A DNA stretch of 64,000 bases. It comes from Tubulanus polymorphus. Its lineage: Eukaryota; Animalia; Nemertea. The notes beneath the pieces were generated by a model that was given only the letters and a program-made list of their open reading frames with translations, was not told the origin of the DNA and made no database searches. The position numbers and the translations under genes are program-made. Positions 1 through 13,218 of this stretch are shown piece after piece; position 1 is the first letter of the stretch; each line of letters starts with the position of its first letter. The stretch covers positions 27,942,299 to 28,006,298 of the forward strand of contig NC_134025.1 in the NCBI RefSeq assembly GCF_964204645.1, in the 5' to 3' direction.

Positions 1-287
1 CGTAAAATGAGCTATTGACTTTACTCTGTTGTAATATGTGAAATAGAAAACTTATTCTGAACTAAGATAATTAAATTGATCTCTCAGTGTCGAAGATCTT
101 TTTGTAAAGACTCCCGAATTGCTGGATTATAGTTGTATTATTTGTGAACGTACTAATTACCAAAAGTGAAGGTGGATTTCTGTTCAAGATTCGTGGAAGG
201 TACTACAGTACATTAATTATTGAGTGTCCATAAAATTTTCACTACAAATGTCCCAGATAATTTGTTCATTTCATGCTTTGTTTGCAG

Positions 288-1003
288 ATGACGCCTAAAG
301 TGACGGGCAATGATGATAAAGAAATTCCCGAAAAGAATGACGAAGTCAGTTCGCTAGATGGTCCGGATTCATTTTCGGTAGACATTTCAGATTCGGACAG
401 CGATGACGAGGAGGGAATGAGCTATGAAGGATATCAGCTCATTCCGCAAGAGCCAGGGATGATAGCTGTGGAGTCTGATCCAGAGATTTATAATTCATCA
501 TCAATTACACAAACGACACATTTAGATCAAGCATTACAGAATATTGTAGATGCGGATTTTAATGATTCTATTGGTGCTGTGGCAAGCAGTATTTTCCAGG
601 TAAACTGAAATGATTCGGTCAACTATGTCTGCACTCTATTATTCTGAATGTCAGTCAGTTACACACTATTGTGGTTTAGGTTTCTGAAGATAGTCGTGAT
701 ACCACAGCTAGTCAGTTATGGAATGAAAACAAACAACCCCAAGATGATATAAAACTAGATAAAGGTTAGAATACTCAAAGAAAATATTTGTTTTTTTTAA
801 ATTTTCAATAGTAATTGATTTCTTATTGTGTTATGTTTACAGAACAAACTGACAAGATTAAGTCGGCAATGGCTGGGATAAAACTGCCAGCTTCAAATAT
901 TCCTGATTGGGCCAAAGTGATTCCAGAGGATCAGTGGAAATGCAATCTTATCTCAAAGCTACAATTGGATGATGATAATAATACCAAAACAAAGGGAAAC
1001 TAA
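288..1003 (+). CDS. MEA1: Male-enhanced antigen 1 homolog (3 coding exons: ~288-599, 681-764, 843-1003)
   Basis: Acidic N-terminus with SYEGYQLIPQ and C-terminal KIKSAMAGIKLPASNIPDWAKVIPEDQWK, typical of MEA1. GT-AG boundaries join the ORF fragments in frame. Confidence 0.85.
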
Positions 1004-1790
1004 CTGTTTTCCTGTGTAATTTAAGACTGTAAAAATGTATATATTCTCAAATTAGCTTGTACCGCTGGGAATTGGATCAATGGATCTGCTCTTCTTCCAG
1101 AAAACTATCTATATCATTTACCAGAAAATATATTAAGTAATCAACTGACAATATTGATTTGTCCAAGTACTTCTTTAAGTAACGGAATCTACTCCAGGAA
1201 TGCCTGAAATTGTCATCAAAATAACTTGTGGGTTTGGATTTTCTTAGTAGTATTAGTCAAATTTGCTTTAGTGGTCATAATGATGACTAAACAACATATT
1301 GTGACGACTTAACCGATGATATCTTCGATGAGTTCGACTACTTTCATATTCAATTGTCTTCTCTGCTCATCTGGAGTCTTGGAATTGGATCAGGTCGCAT
1401 CTGAGCCTCACAACAATGAAACAACACTCAAACAATGCATTTGATTGTATGTATTTCACAAAAACATGTTTTTTTAGATAAAGATCAATCACTCTGCATT
1501 CTTCACAAGACAAAACTCTTGAATGAAACTGGTAAGTACCGGTACTTTGAGAGTCTTAACACTTTGATATGTGAAAATTGTATGATAGTAAATTGGGGTA
1601 CCAGTACTTGGTAAAATTGGAAAAATATATAATGTAAAATATTCTTGATATGCCAATTACAACAGTGTTCATGCTAATGTAAAATGAAAAAAAACAAACA
1701 CTTAAACATATAATCAACCAAATAAAGATCATTCCATTGAACTGTTATGTAAAACTATTACAAAAATCAACAATAAAACGATGATAATTA

Positions 1791-2993
1791 TTAAAGTTTT
1801 TGTGATTCTTCATAAATATTCAATTTCTTTACTTCATCATAAAGTTCTATGAGATGTTTATCTCCGTGGTCAACGACGAGATCATTTAAAGCCTCAACTA
1901 ATTCGAACAGGTATTCTGAGTTTTTACCACTCGGTCCAATGGACGTGTAGATCTGATATGCTATATCTTTCATCGGGGCAGGTCCAAGAAAGTGTGGATT
2001 GTCCGGCGTACCGAGGTATATCGTTAACTCAAATGGAAGGGCATTATTATTGTCAGCTGGATGAAACGTTACTGATGTTCTCTCGTAGCCACATTTTTCT
2101 CTGAAATCCAAATGTTTTCGAACATTTTCTCTGTCGCAATCAGCAATTTCATAAGCAATTCCCCAAACAATATCCTGAAATAGACAAAAAAATACCTGTA
2201 TCTACTGCAGTTACCGCAATTGTTTTTGTTTATTATAATACACGCACCTCTGGGTTGTCACTTTTAACCAATGTCACCACTCTACCTGGCTGTGAATAAA
2301 ATCGCATCAATCAATGAATAAATAGAAATACAGGGCTTATTCTTAAATCTTTCAATCTAATAATAGAACTTGTAAACAATTCAATTCAATATATCTTTAT
2401 TGCCCTTTGAGTAATATGAAATACAATCACGATTGGTAGAACACTATATCCGTGTTGACGGGATGAGGAGAGAATCCCACAATGATAATAAAAAGTCAGA
2501 AAATGAAACTTCGAGATAGTAGTTTATTTCAACGTTTCTACTATATCCTAATAGTCATCTTCAAGAATAATGAAGATGACTATTAGGATATAGTCGAAAC
2601 GTTGAAATAAACTACTATCTCGAAGTTTCATTTTCGGACTTTTTATTATCATTGTGGGATTCTCTCGATGAAATACAAGTCAGGTTTTTTTTACAATAAA
2701 CATGATAACTATTCAATTGATTCCTTCCATATCGATATGATCATATGACATTAGTCTAGTACCTAGCCGTCGTTCTACAAACAACTGTGAACTGGTATTC
2801 AGACTATATATCATGAGTATGACATTGGATTGATTGACATATGTTTAAATTGTTTTACCTTTCCAGGAATTCCCCTGTGATCTTCACTTCCCTGCCAGAA
2901 ACGACGTACATATCCTTTTATTGTGCCGACTAATTTCCTCTTGTATGGAAAATCAACTTTCCAGATCAACGAGCCGTATCCAAAAACCCACAT
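1791..2993 (-). CDS. CHAC2: Glutathione-specific gamma-glutamylcyclotransferase, ChaC2-like (3 exons)
   Basis: Spliced [17 protein letters not shown]...[23 protein letters not shown]...LDFREKCGY...[13 protein letters not shown] carries the ChaC family signatures. Confidence 0.93.
2468..2666. repeat. 199-bp foldback inverted repeat in CHAC2 intron 1 (96-bp arms, 7-nt loop)
   Basis: 2468-2563 is the reverse complement of 2571-2666 with about 2 mismatches. ATGAAATACAA direct repeats lie at 2416-2426 and 2668-2678. Confidence 0.92.
2752..2806. mobile_element. Short internally deleted copy of the TAGTCT...AGACTA MITE-like family (also at 38044-38316)
   Basis: TAGTCTAGTACCTAGCCGTCGTT...ACTGGTATTCAGACTA shares both termini with the TEDC1-intron copies. 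Confidence 0.8.
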
Positions 2994-3516
2994 GAATGAC
3001 ACCTCACCTGTCACGCTAGGGTGATTGCTGTAATAGACTGGAGTTCAAGTTCAAGTTCAAGGTTGCCTGCGTCACCTAGATAGACCGGCAACCAGTCTAC
3101 GACTCGCTATCTATAAAGACTGGTTCCCGCTAACAAATTCAAATGAAATCTAGAGTTATTCCTTTCCCAGATCAATCGTTTGCCATTTGAACAATAGACG
3201 AAGCATTTGGTGCCAAAGCCCACGACAGACATATCAATAGCAAAATCATCAATGCATAAAGCCACCAACTTTCACAAATCTTCAGAAAATTAATCCATAC
3301 TTCAGACCCAGACAATACACAGATTCACAGATAACCAAGAGAAAACCAATATCTAGGGCTTAATCGTTTTATAAAAAGAACAAATCTTATTTGACTCAAT
3401 AATTAACAGATAGATTTAACATTCAATTTCATAATTCGTGATTTTCATGAATTATTTCGACATGCAGGTACAGGATGCACCTCAAGAATATTAGCAATTC
3501 GCAATTTCTACTGAGA

Positions 3517-5426
3517 TCACGTAGGAAGTATGTGTCTCTGCGCTTGAAGTTCTGCAGCTGAAAGAGGTCTGGCATCTTCACTAACTCTTCTGATCGGTGG
3601 ATGATGTCGTCTCACTGACAAAAAATGTTTGTCTTTTACAGCTGTATTACTGTCACTTTCTCCAGAACTATCATTCCTAACTTGAGCTAACTTGAGTTCA
3701 AATTCACTGCTATTTGAATCACCGGAAGCTGATCTATTCAAAACAGGGATCGCATCTGTTTGGCCCTCAACATTTATATCATCTATGTCTGGTACAACTT
3801 GTAATGGTCCAGATGACAATGTCACCGATTTCCTGAATTAAAAGAAGCATCATATTTGCATGATCTAAAAATGATGTCGAAAAATAAGATAAATACATTT
3901 AAACACTAAACATACCACTCATCTATTATTGAAGTTAGTCTTGTTATAACTTCCTCCGCGGTCAACCTGGTTTTAGGGTCCAAAACTAATAATTTTCGGA
4001 TGATATTGTTAGTGTTGTCAGATACTCGACCATCACTAAAATCAATGAACAAATTTACGATCATGTAGAATGACTATTTCTCTCATCTTTGCAATCAGGG
4101 TTAATGCGCTTACTTTGGAATTGTGTATTCAGCAATTTTGATTTTGCGGAAAAGTTCTTGAGGCACGCTGTCATAAAAGGGAAATTGTCCGTAAAGCATT
4201 GTAAACAGTACAACACCTAAAGCCCACATATCACTGGGTTTACCCAAATAACTTTTTCCTGTAAAAATGATCAAATACAATGTTCTATTTTGCAATTCAG
4301 TAAGTATGCTATTAATATAATGAATATAACACTCACCACTGAGTACATCGGGACTAATATACGCGGGACTTCCTCGTTGATCTTTCAACAAATCTTCCTC
4401 ACTGACCAAATGTTTACCCAGACAAAAATTAGTTATGATCACTCGCCGAGTGCGTTTATTTATCACCATGTTCCCCAGTTTCAAATCTCGATGAACGATA
4501 TTTTTCTGCAATGCAACAGCACATGCATAACACATATGAAGTGTATGAATACACTATACATACGCAATCGAACAATCTCTTCCACTTACTTGATGAAGAT
4601 TCCGTACTACTCGTACTATATCGTAGAATATTACAATTGCTTCTTTCTCCGATAGTTTTTTCTCTTTGATAACGTGATGTTGTAAATTCATCAGGTCCGC
4701 GTTACGGTCGTTATAATCGTGAGGTACTAAACAGTCTAATACCAAACATAGACGTTTCTTCTTACGCCTGGAACCGGCAGGAACAGTTTCATCATAATCA
4801 TCTTCATACACCTCATCCTTTAAAGACAATTTGCACTGGTTTCATGCAGTGAAAAAAAAAACTAATCAAAATCTAATTCAGGACTGCATGTGTAAAGTAA
4901 TGATAGCTTCATTCCCAGAATTCTCAAATAAAAATTCCAGTATCTACATTACATAAATATGTAAAATGGAATTTGTTGGTTCTTGAATATTGCCAACATC
5001 AAAAACAATAGGCCAACAAAAGACTTACTTTGAAGAGACCGTGGTGGTGAACGACACCATCTTCTAATTGAAGCAATGACAACAATGAATATTCAGTATG
5101 CAGCAACATTTTGCCCTGACGATCATCTTGAGATTCACGGCTATGCTCTTCCATTGTTAGAATTTTTATCGTGTAAAAGTCATCGGTGCCATCTTTCCGA
5201 GCCAGGCATTGTACTATACTCCGTACTGGCGATGAACCAAGTCTTGGACCTGAAAAAAAGCAATATAATAATAATTATCCAGTAAACTATAAGTCACTCA
5301 GTACAGTATGAAAGTGAATACATACTTACCTAGTAAATATGGTCCGGCATGTTTCACACAACTGGATGTAGTAACGCGTCTTTTACCGAGACGACTTTGT
5401 GAAATGTGACGTCTTTTATTACTCAT
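3517..5426 (-). CDS. STK40: Serine/threonine kinase 40 (Tribbles-related pseudokinase), about 7 exons
   Basis: AGPYLLGPRLGSSPVRSIVQCLARKDGTDDFY, LCLVLDCL, HRDLKLGN, ITNFCLGKHLVSEEDLLKDQRGSPAYISPDVLSG, and C-terminal SGPLQVVPDIDD. Confidence 0.95.
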
Positions 5427-6131
5427 CGTGGGGATGACCAGTCACAATTTTCTTTCAAAAAGTATTCACAATCGCTAACTACTGGCGTCGTGGCGAGCCG
5501 CCAGCCGAGTGAGGAGAAGAACTTCAGAACGACAATCGATTTGAATTGAATCACAGCCACCAACGATTAATCAGTAAACACTACCCTGACCCATTAGTCT
5601 ATGAATATAGGATAAGATAATAGGTCCTAAGATAATTATTTCATTATTCTTACAACTTTCTAATAGGATAAGTGGCTGATAAGCAGCACAATTCATGGAT
5701 TTTGATGGATTAACTTTTCGCTCTTCGACCTTGGGATTTCTTCTTCGTCACCTGATTCAATCCAATTCAATTCAGTTACTGCACAATCCTAACCGCGGAG
5801 TGGAGTCTTCCGGCTAAATACACATGCAAGTAGTTTGTCGATGATATATGGAAAATACGTTTAAAACGGAGCTGAATTTGGTATCCTCTTAAAAATATTG
5901 TGAAACCAGTAAGCATTCCCGAAAATATCACGTAATTCGATTTATGGAATCCCGGAATGAAGCCTTAAAATCTCCACAGTTTCCAGAGTCCTGTTTCCTG
6001 GTGGTACTAAGTACCAAATTGAACTGTTTACAAATTGGCCTCTCATTTATAAACTTACCAGATTAGTCGTAAGGGACTCATTTGACGAGACTGACAACGC
6101 TATATTTCATTTCTATTTTTCAGAAATAGCT

Positions 6132-9100
6132 ATGGATCATGTGTCAAAAGATGCGAGGTTTGCAAAAATTGCGAAAGATCCTCGATTTCATCGAATGGCT
6201 CGTAAAGATCGGAAAGTTAAGATCGATAAACGTTTCAAATCTATGTTTGACGACAAGCGATTCAAATTGAAATACACCGTCGATAAGAGAGGTCGGCCTG
6301 TTCATACAACTACTAATTCAAATCTACAGAAATTTTATGACTTATCGGACAGTGAATCAGATGAGGAAATTGAGAAGAGCGATGATGAGGATGAAGCGAA
6401 GAATAAATGTGATAATTTATCCAAGAACGATGTAGGAAAAACTAAAAAACAGATAGAATCGACACAAATTACTTCATCAAAGGACGTAGTGTCTCTATTA
6501 GGTACTGGTGAAAGTACCGGTAGTTCAAAGTTTGTTGATCAGGAAGAAGTTGAAGTTGATCAGTCCAGTTCAGCGGATGAGCTACAGTCAGACGAAGAGG
6601 AAAGCGATGATGAAGAACATGATGAAACTGCGAAAATACCAGGTACAGTTGTGATTGATGGATAAATGCCCTTGTTGTCATTCTGATGTATTATTAAGTT
6701 GGTCACAATATTTGCGCTGTATTTCAGGTCCTGATTTAGCTCGCGGAGAGGGACCACAATCTAGTTCAGATGAAGAAGATGAATTTGAATATGATAACGG
6801 TACAATTTACCTCACAAATTATGTAGAAAAACGTGTTCCATAAGACCAGTATTGAAAATGGCTTCTGGGAACTTTGATTTATATTCATAGAGGATAAATT
6901 TGACCATAAATGGGGTGAAGTTGGTATGGATGCTCCTCAAGTTGAAGATGCTACATGTCGATTAGCTGTGTGTAATATGGACTGGGATCGTATCAAAGCT
7001 CAAGATATTATGGTTTTATTGAATTCTTTTAAACCGACTGATGGCATTATCAAATCTGTAACTGTAAGTTATTGATATTCAAATTTGAATTCTCTCTCCG
7101 TCACTAAATGAATCTCATGGATTTTTTCTGCACGCAATTTCAGATCTATCCATCGGATTTTGGTTTAGAGCGGATGAAAGAAGAACAGCTTCGTGGCCCG
7201 ATAGAATTGACCGAAGAAAAGTTAGATGATGGTGCCGTTGATAATGAAGAAGAAAGTACAGAAGGTATTTAACAATTTTAGATGTTGCTTTCACAGATGT
7301 CAAACTCGAGGGATTTTAACTTGTTATATTATTATCATTTCAATTAGGTCATATTTATCACCGTGAAAAGTTAAGACAGTATCAATTAAACAGACTCAAG
7401 TATTATTATGCAGTGGTAGAGTGTGACAGCGTTAAAACAGCTGAACACATTTATTCCGACTGTGATGGATATGAATACGAAGCAAGTGCAACGAAATTAG
7501 ATCTAAGGTCAGCTTTCAATGTGAATTGAGTATTAGCATTTTTAAAACTTTTTTTTTAAAGCAGTTTATAGTTGTATTTCTAATCAACAGATTTATTCCT
7601 GATGATATGACATTTGAAAATGAACGAACCAGCCGGGTTGAAGACATGCCGGATTTTACATCTTATAAACCATCAGTTTTCATCACCTCCGCCCTAAACC
7701 AGTCAAAAGTGAGTTTATTGAATTCACAATTAGTTTTCAGAATTCGCTATTTTAGTAAAAAGAACAAAACAATTTTCATAATGCTTTAGGTGAATCTAAC
7801 ATGGGATGAAACCAATCATGACAGGTTGGCTATAACTATGAAAAAGAAATTCACAGACACAGAATTGAATGATGCTAATCTAAATGATTATCTAGCCTCA
7901 AGTTCTGATGAAGAAGGTTAGTTTGATATACACGTGGTTTCAAATTGATGGTTATTTATTGGAGGTATGATTAGAGATGCCGTATTTTGTTTGTAGGATT
8001 AGAAGAGCCTGGGGATGTGGCAGAGGACATGGATGAAGAAAATCAGATACAGAAATACAAAGATTTACTGAAAGGATTGGATGGAGACAAGAAGAAATCT
8101 GAAGAGGACATGGAGATGGAAATTACTTGGGAACCTGGTAATTACCGCTTATATTTGTAAAAGCGTTCTCGTGATAAATCCTTTCATAGTTTTACCGGGT
8201 ATCGTTCAAATTCTTGATCAGGATTGAAAGGGGCGACTGAAACAATTTTGAAGAAAAAAACAGACTCGAAAGAATTAACGCCCTGGGAAGAATACTTGAA
8301 GAAAAAACGTGAGAAGAAAAAGCAGAAGAGAGCAGAAAAGAAAAATGAAATTAAGGTATGAAATTTTATTGTATCAAAGCCAAATGAATAGGACTTTAAA
8401 TATTATCTTAGATTATGCGTAATTTTTTAGGGCACCTCTGATGAAACAACAGAAGACATCGCCGCATTCAGTGATGATGACATCCCCTCAGATATTGATA
8501 TTAATGACCCATACTTTAAAGAAGAACTTGGAGAAAACGTCAATAAGAAAAAAGGTACAGTAGTAAAAGTCTACGCATTTTCTGTAATATGTTTTATTTT
8601 CCATGTTTATGGTAGTTTGTCTTAGATACGATGCGTGTGTTCTAATTGGGGACAATCCATTCATAGGTTCTAATAAGAAAACGAAGAAAGGAGAAAAAGC
8701 ACGGGACGTAGAGGATGAATCAGTTCAGGTAAAATCAAACTCAATCCGTCTTCAGACGTTTTGATTGCTGTATCGTAGATGATCTTAATGATGATTAATT
8801 TTCAGCCCGAACTCAATTTACTGACAATGGACGAAGACGATAACAGGGAACATTTCAATTTGAAAGATATTTTAAAGAATGAGAAGAAAAATAAGAAGAA
8901 AAAGAAGAAACTCGCTGCTATTGAGGCAACAAAGCAAATCAAGGATACGTTTAAAGTAAGTCGCACCATTTTGAGTTAATTATTGGGGGAAAAGTTGAGA
9001 ATGTTGTCTAACAGTTGATTGTCTATTTCAGGTGAACGTAAATGATAAGCGTTTCAATGCCATGTATACATCACATCTATTTAACATAGACCCTTCATCA

Positions 9101-9316
9101 CACGAGTATAAAAAGACTAAAGCAATGGATGATATCGTGAAGGAGAAGTTGAAGCGCAGAGAAATTACGAGTAAACGTACATCATCGTCTAGTCCGTGTA
9201 ATGAGGTCGCGTCTAAAAAGAAGAAATTATCTATTGAACCGCTACACACCGATAATCTAGATTCACTCGTTAAATCTGTAAAAATGAAAACACAAAGATT
9301 CAAAAAGAAAAAATAA
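6132..9316 (+). CDS. ESF1: ESF1 nucleolar pre-rRNA processing protein (about 13 exons)
   Basis: [78 protein letters not shown], and NUC153-like [18 protein letters not shown]. Confidence 0.96.
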
Positions 9317-9978
9317 AAACGTTTTTATTTTTCAATCGAATTCATTTCTTTAACCCGGGATTTGAGGAAGTTTATTTCGAGTTTTTTTGTGACCAGTCGC
9401 ACAGCTACAAAACACGTCATGAATTAATTGCAAACGCTGTGTGATATTCAAGTGGCACCGTTCCGCAGTTGAGAGTTGGTTAATTGGTTTTTCGGATTGA
9501 GGAAAAACGGGTAAAATTTCATAAATATGATAATCACAAACACTTAAAATATGGCACAGCACACGACGATAGGGTGAGAGCTGTAATAATCGTACTGCTG
9601 GTTTTAATACGGCGAAATCGATGGTGACTCCGCTCTGCCACAACTAGATGTATCTCATCTGACAAGCCGCTATCTTTATACTGATGTATTGGGTGGAGAC
9701 ATTGACGAACGCATGACGTTATATTAATCATTGACATGACAAATACTTGTCATCTTATCATGCAGATAAGATGTCTGATTTTTGGCTATCTTTTAGACTG
9801 GACGTTATACAAATCCGCATCGGCGGTCATCGGCGTAAACGCGTGATATACGTATCGTAACTTCATCTGGAAACTTCCATCAGTTCATGAAAAAATTGAA
9901 ATTGCTCCTAAAATGGAGTAGAAAAATATACTTTACGAACTTGTGATATTCGAATATAGAGATACTTTTCAGAGGAAA

Positions 9979-12282
9979 ATGGAATTCGTCATGGGTATAT
10001 TTGTGCTGTCGGTTACATGGACGGAGATTTTAGCTAGTAACATGTTAGTAAACAGAAATGGAATTGGAATGGCGAACAATTCTCAGGTGACGAATGGAAT
10101 ATGCAATGTAAATTCCAGCTTTCGATGCTGGTGCGATATAGACTGTGATAAAATGCCGCCAGAATTCAATGCGACCTGCTGCGACCGTTTATTCGAACTA
10201 GAAAAATTCGACCGCGGAGTTATCGTGAAAATACGCAATTTTTCCACGTCGGAATTCAATGCAAAATTCGAAAAGAAATTCAAATCCGTCATTTATGAAA
10301 TACTGTCAAACTACTGCGTAAAAAACTGCGCTAATGAAACTCTAACGTCCGAAAGTATTGTGATAGCTTCGATTCGTCCATCTGTGTCTGGTGATATCAG
10401 CGAAGTGCTTTTAATCGCGCTATTTTTCGACTCGGACGGAAAGAATCCATCATTCTTTCAGCAAACTATTCTGAAAAAAGTGATCGAAACATATATCAAC
10501 ACTTTTACTACAGAATTGGGCATTGAAATTGAACCTGTTGTGGATTTATACACCAGCAGTACGATACTACCACCGAACAGGCAACAACCTAAATCTCGTC
10601 TTAATTTGATAATTCCATTTGCAATATTGGGAAGTTTCTTCGCTTTTATCTGCATTATATCAGCAAAGAAAGCCGTCACGTAAGTATAATAATGGAAAAA
10701 CGATAATCCGTGGTTAGAAATTTAGAAAATAGCCCAACGGGGAGAGATAGACATGGGTGAAAGTAGTTTCGATGGTGGATCAAATTTACCCACGCACGTG
10801 TGTATCATTGTGCGAATTCAATTAGTTAAGATTTGCTGATTTAAAAACGTTGATGATATGTCTTGTCAGGTTCGACTAGAGATCGTTAATTTTTTGCGCA
10901 ATGGACGTGATTAATGAGTTGTTATCGATCTCATCTATCAAACAAATGTACATTTGACACAAGCGTCTGGTTTTATTATCGGTTTTGAAACTAAAAGCCA
11001 CAGACGCTCATTCATCGAAGACTTCTACCGTGCCATCTTCAATTTGAATAATACAAAAAGTCCCATATGGAAATTAACTGCAGGGACGAGATTTAGATCT
11101 CATATAAACCTCCATCTTAGATGATTTGTGCGACGCAGAAAAACTTGCCAATCCCTACCTAGGATAATGTATACTATTTAAAGTCGATGTGTCTATCGAT
11201 TTTAGATCAATTGAATTCTGAACGGCATCTTTTGAAAAATTATTCGTAGAAATTTCTCTTTGATGTGTGTAAAAACATAAACCATGTTTTCTCTCCCGGT
11301 GTATTGCTATTCACCCTTGGCAACGTAAGAGTTCATTGGTTTAGAGTTTGGGCGTTGGCTGCAGTGAACGATGGTGTTCAGGCTTATATTGATATCAATC
11401 CTACAATTAACTTAGTGCAGAATAACGCCATAGTCAGCAAACATGTCATATTAAGTAATGAACACTTTCGATTTGTGAAGCACTAAATTCAGAATTCGTG
11501 AAAGTGTAGAGAAAGCAATATCTATCTTTTCCAAACCTCGATGATTTGGCATAGTAGATAATATTACATCACTTAACTGCTTATTATTACGTATTACCAT
11601 GGAGACTGTGAGTTAATGTAACTTATTCGTAATAATCAGTATTTATTCGATTCATGCAGTTTATTATATCTGTTGGCAATCGTCCGTTCGCAGTGTATAC
11701 GGCAAGAACAATATCGTTTACAAATTAGCCTAATATCTGTATCATCTATCTGTGTCGTGATTTAGGGACAGACGGCGGATCGTAAAACGCATCAAGGCTA
11801 GACGTAAAGTTCGCGAACTAGCCAGAGCGGCTCGAGCTGAGGCACGAACAAAGAAAGATGTGAACGCTAACGGTATTAAAAACAACTCGAAAAATGGTGT
11901 TAAAGAAAATGGAGTCCATGGCGGTATTGTTACCGTAGAGGGCAAACTAGAAGACGGTGTAAAAGCCATTAATAATGGCTCTGTGCATACTGCAGAAAAT
12001 AATAACAGTACCAGAAGTAATGGTGTAACGAACGGTCATATTTCTAATGGCGAGGCAGGCGAACGAAGATCAAGTTACGTCGTCCGTAATGGACAGTGGG
12101 CATCATGTGACGAATCTCATCCCAGAAATGGACATGTACCTCGTTTAGAGCGAATGCAACGTAAAACAAGATCAGATGATAGATTAGTCACTACTTCATT
12201 CAATGATATTGGTATTAGAGAAGTAGATGAAAAAGGTTCAATTGACGGGGTTGACAACTACGCATTTAATGACGATAGATAG
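9979..12282 (+). CDS. Uncharacterised type I membrane protein: signal peptide, somatomedin-B-like Cys cluster, SEA-like region, one TM, disordered tail (exons 9979-10679, 11766-12282)
   Basis: Hydrophobic N-terminus; CNVNSSFRCWCDIDCDK...TCCD; TM LIIPFAILGSFFAFICIISA followed by basic residues. A phase-2 AC|GTAAGT...TTAG|G join links it in frame to ORF 11860-12282. Confidence 0.75.
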
Positions 12283-13191
12283 CATGCATGTGTTCCGTTT
12301 TAAGTGTCGACTAATAGATACCGTTTAGATTTTATCAATTTCATTAAAAAAAAATTGGATTTAGAAAAATTATTAGATGTTTTAGTACACTTGGTTGATT
12401 CCATTACAGGATGTAAACACTGATTTTGTGAATTCTTCTGTGTGGAATTTATCATCCATGAAAATTGAATGCTTTTTCAACATTCAAATTGAAAATATTC
12501 AGATTAGTGATTTAAAAATCACATCCGTCCAGTAACCACTAATTATGATCAAAATTTTTTAGGTATCTCTAAAATCAGGGGAAATCTATTTAAAAAAACC
12601 GATAGAACACGCGATAGAAGTTCCATGGTTACAGTCAATAATTCTAACTGCATTCGATGATTATTCGTCTCTTTCAATCAAAACGTTGACGCGCTCGCGG
12701 TGAAATTGCAGAAATCATCGGTGATGATAATCCCCTTATGATCACCGCTCCAGATCACTCCAGTGTGAGCAGCCTTATTGGTTTTAAAATAAACATTCAC
12801 TTATCGCAAATCGAACAAATCTATTTTTGTTAATGGATAATTTGATATGATTTCTACGACATTTCGTTTTCAGATCTACATTCAAGCAAACATTGATCAA
12901 TTACTTTAATACTTCCTAGACGACGTTTTCCATGTTATTTCCAATGCATTGAACCAACTGGAAGTATTTCAAGGATCCTATAGTCCTTGTTTATAAGTTT
13001 ACGTTGAGTTATTTGATCATAAATCTATCACTCCATCCAAGCACATACTCAGTTTGTGTTAGTTCTATACACGACATTGATTTGCCTTCCCATTTAGAAA
13101 TAGAATTAGTAGTTTTCCAGTGTAACCAATTAACTAGATTGTAGCTTCCTATTTATAAGATCCCATAGAAAACATTCAGTATTCGTTTACT

Positions 13192-13218
13192 AATTTATTT
13201 ATTTATTTATTTATTTAA
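13192..13218. repeat. (ATTT)n microsatellite
   Basis: About 6 tandem ATTT units read directly from the sequence. Confidence 0.85.

Noticed and set aside
1275-1408. ATGATGA...CTGA pair resembling a box C/D snoRNA or SECIS downstream of MEA1
   Set aside because: No convincing terminal stem or guide sequence, not intronic, and no in-frame UGA in the neighbouring genes.
4260-4337. Apparent insertion in the STK40 kinase domain in the ORF track (similar cases at 62950-63018 and elsewhere)
   Set aside because: These are short stop-free introns of 3n length with GT-AG ends. Removing them restores the canonical domain, and there is no evidence for retention.
9350-9737. Minus-strand ORFs of 97 and 67 aa between ESF1 and the membrane-protein gene
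   Set aside because: No recognisable motifs or splice context, and the 97-aa ORF lacks an ATG start. They probably lie in the promoter or 5'UTR of the downstream gene.
12684-12777. Harbinger-like terminus (CAGTGTGAGCAGCCTTA), with a similar GCTGCGTTCAC at ~35801
   Set aside because: Only one end is recognisable and there is no matching TIR or TSD, so it cannot be supported as an element.
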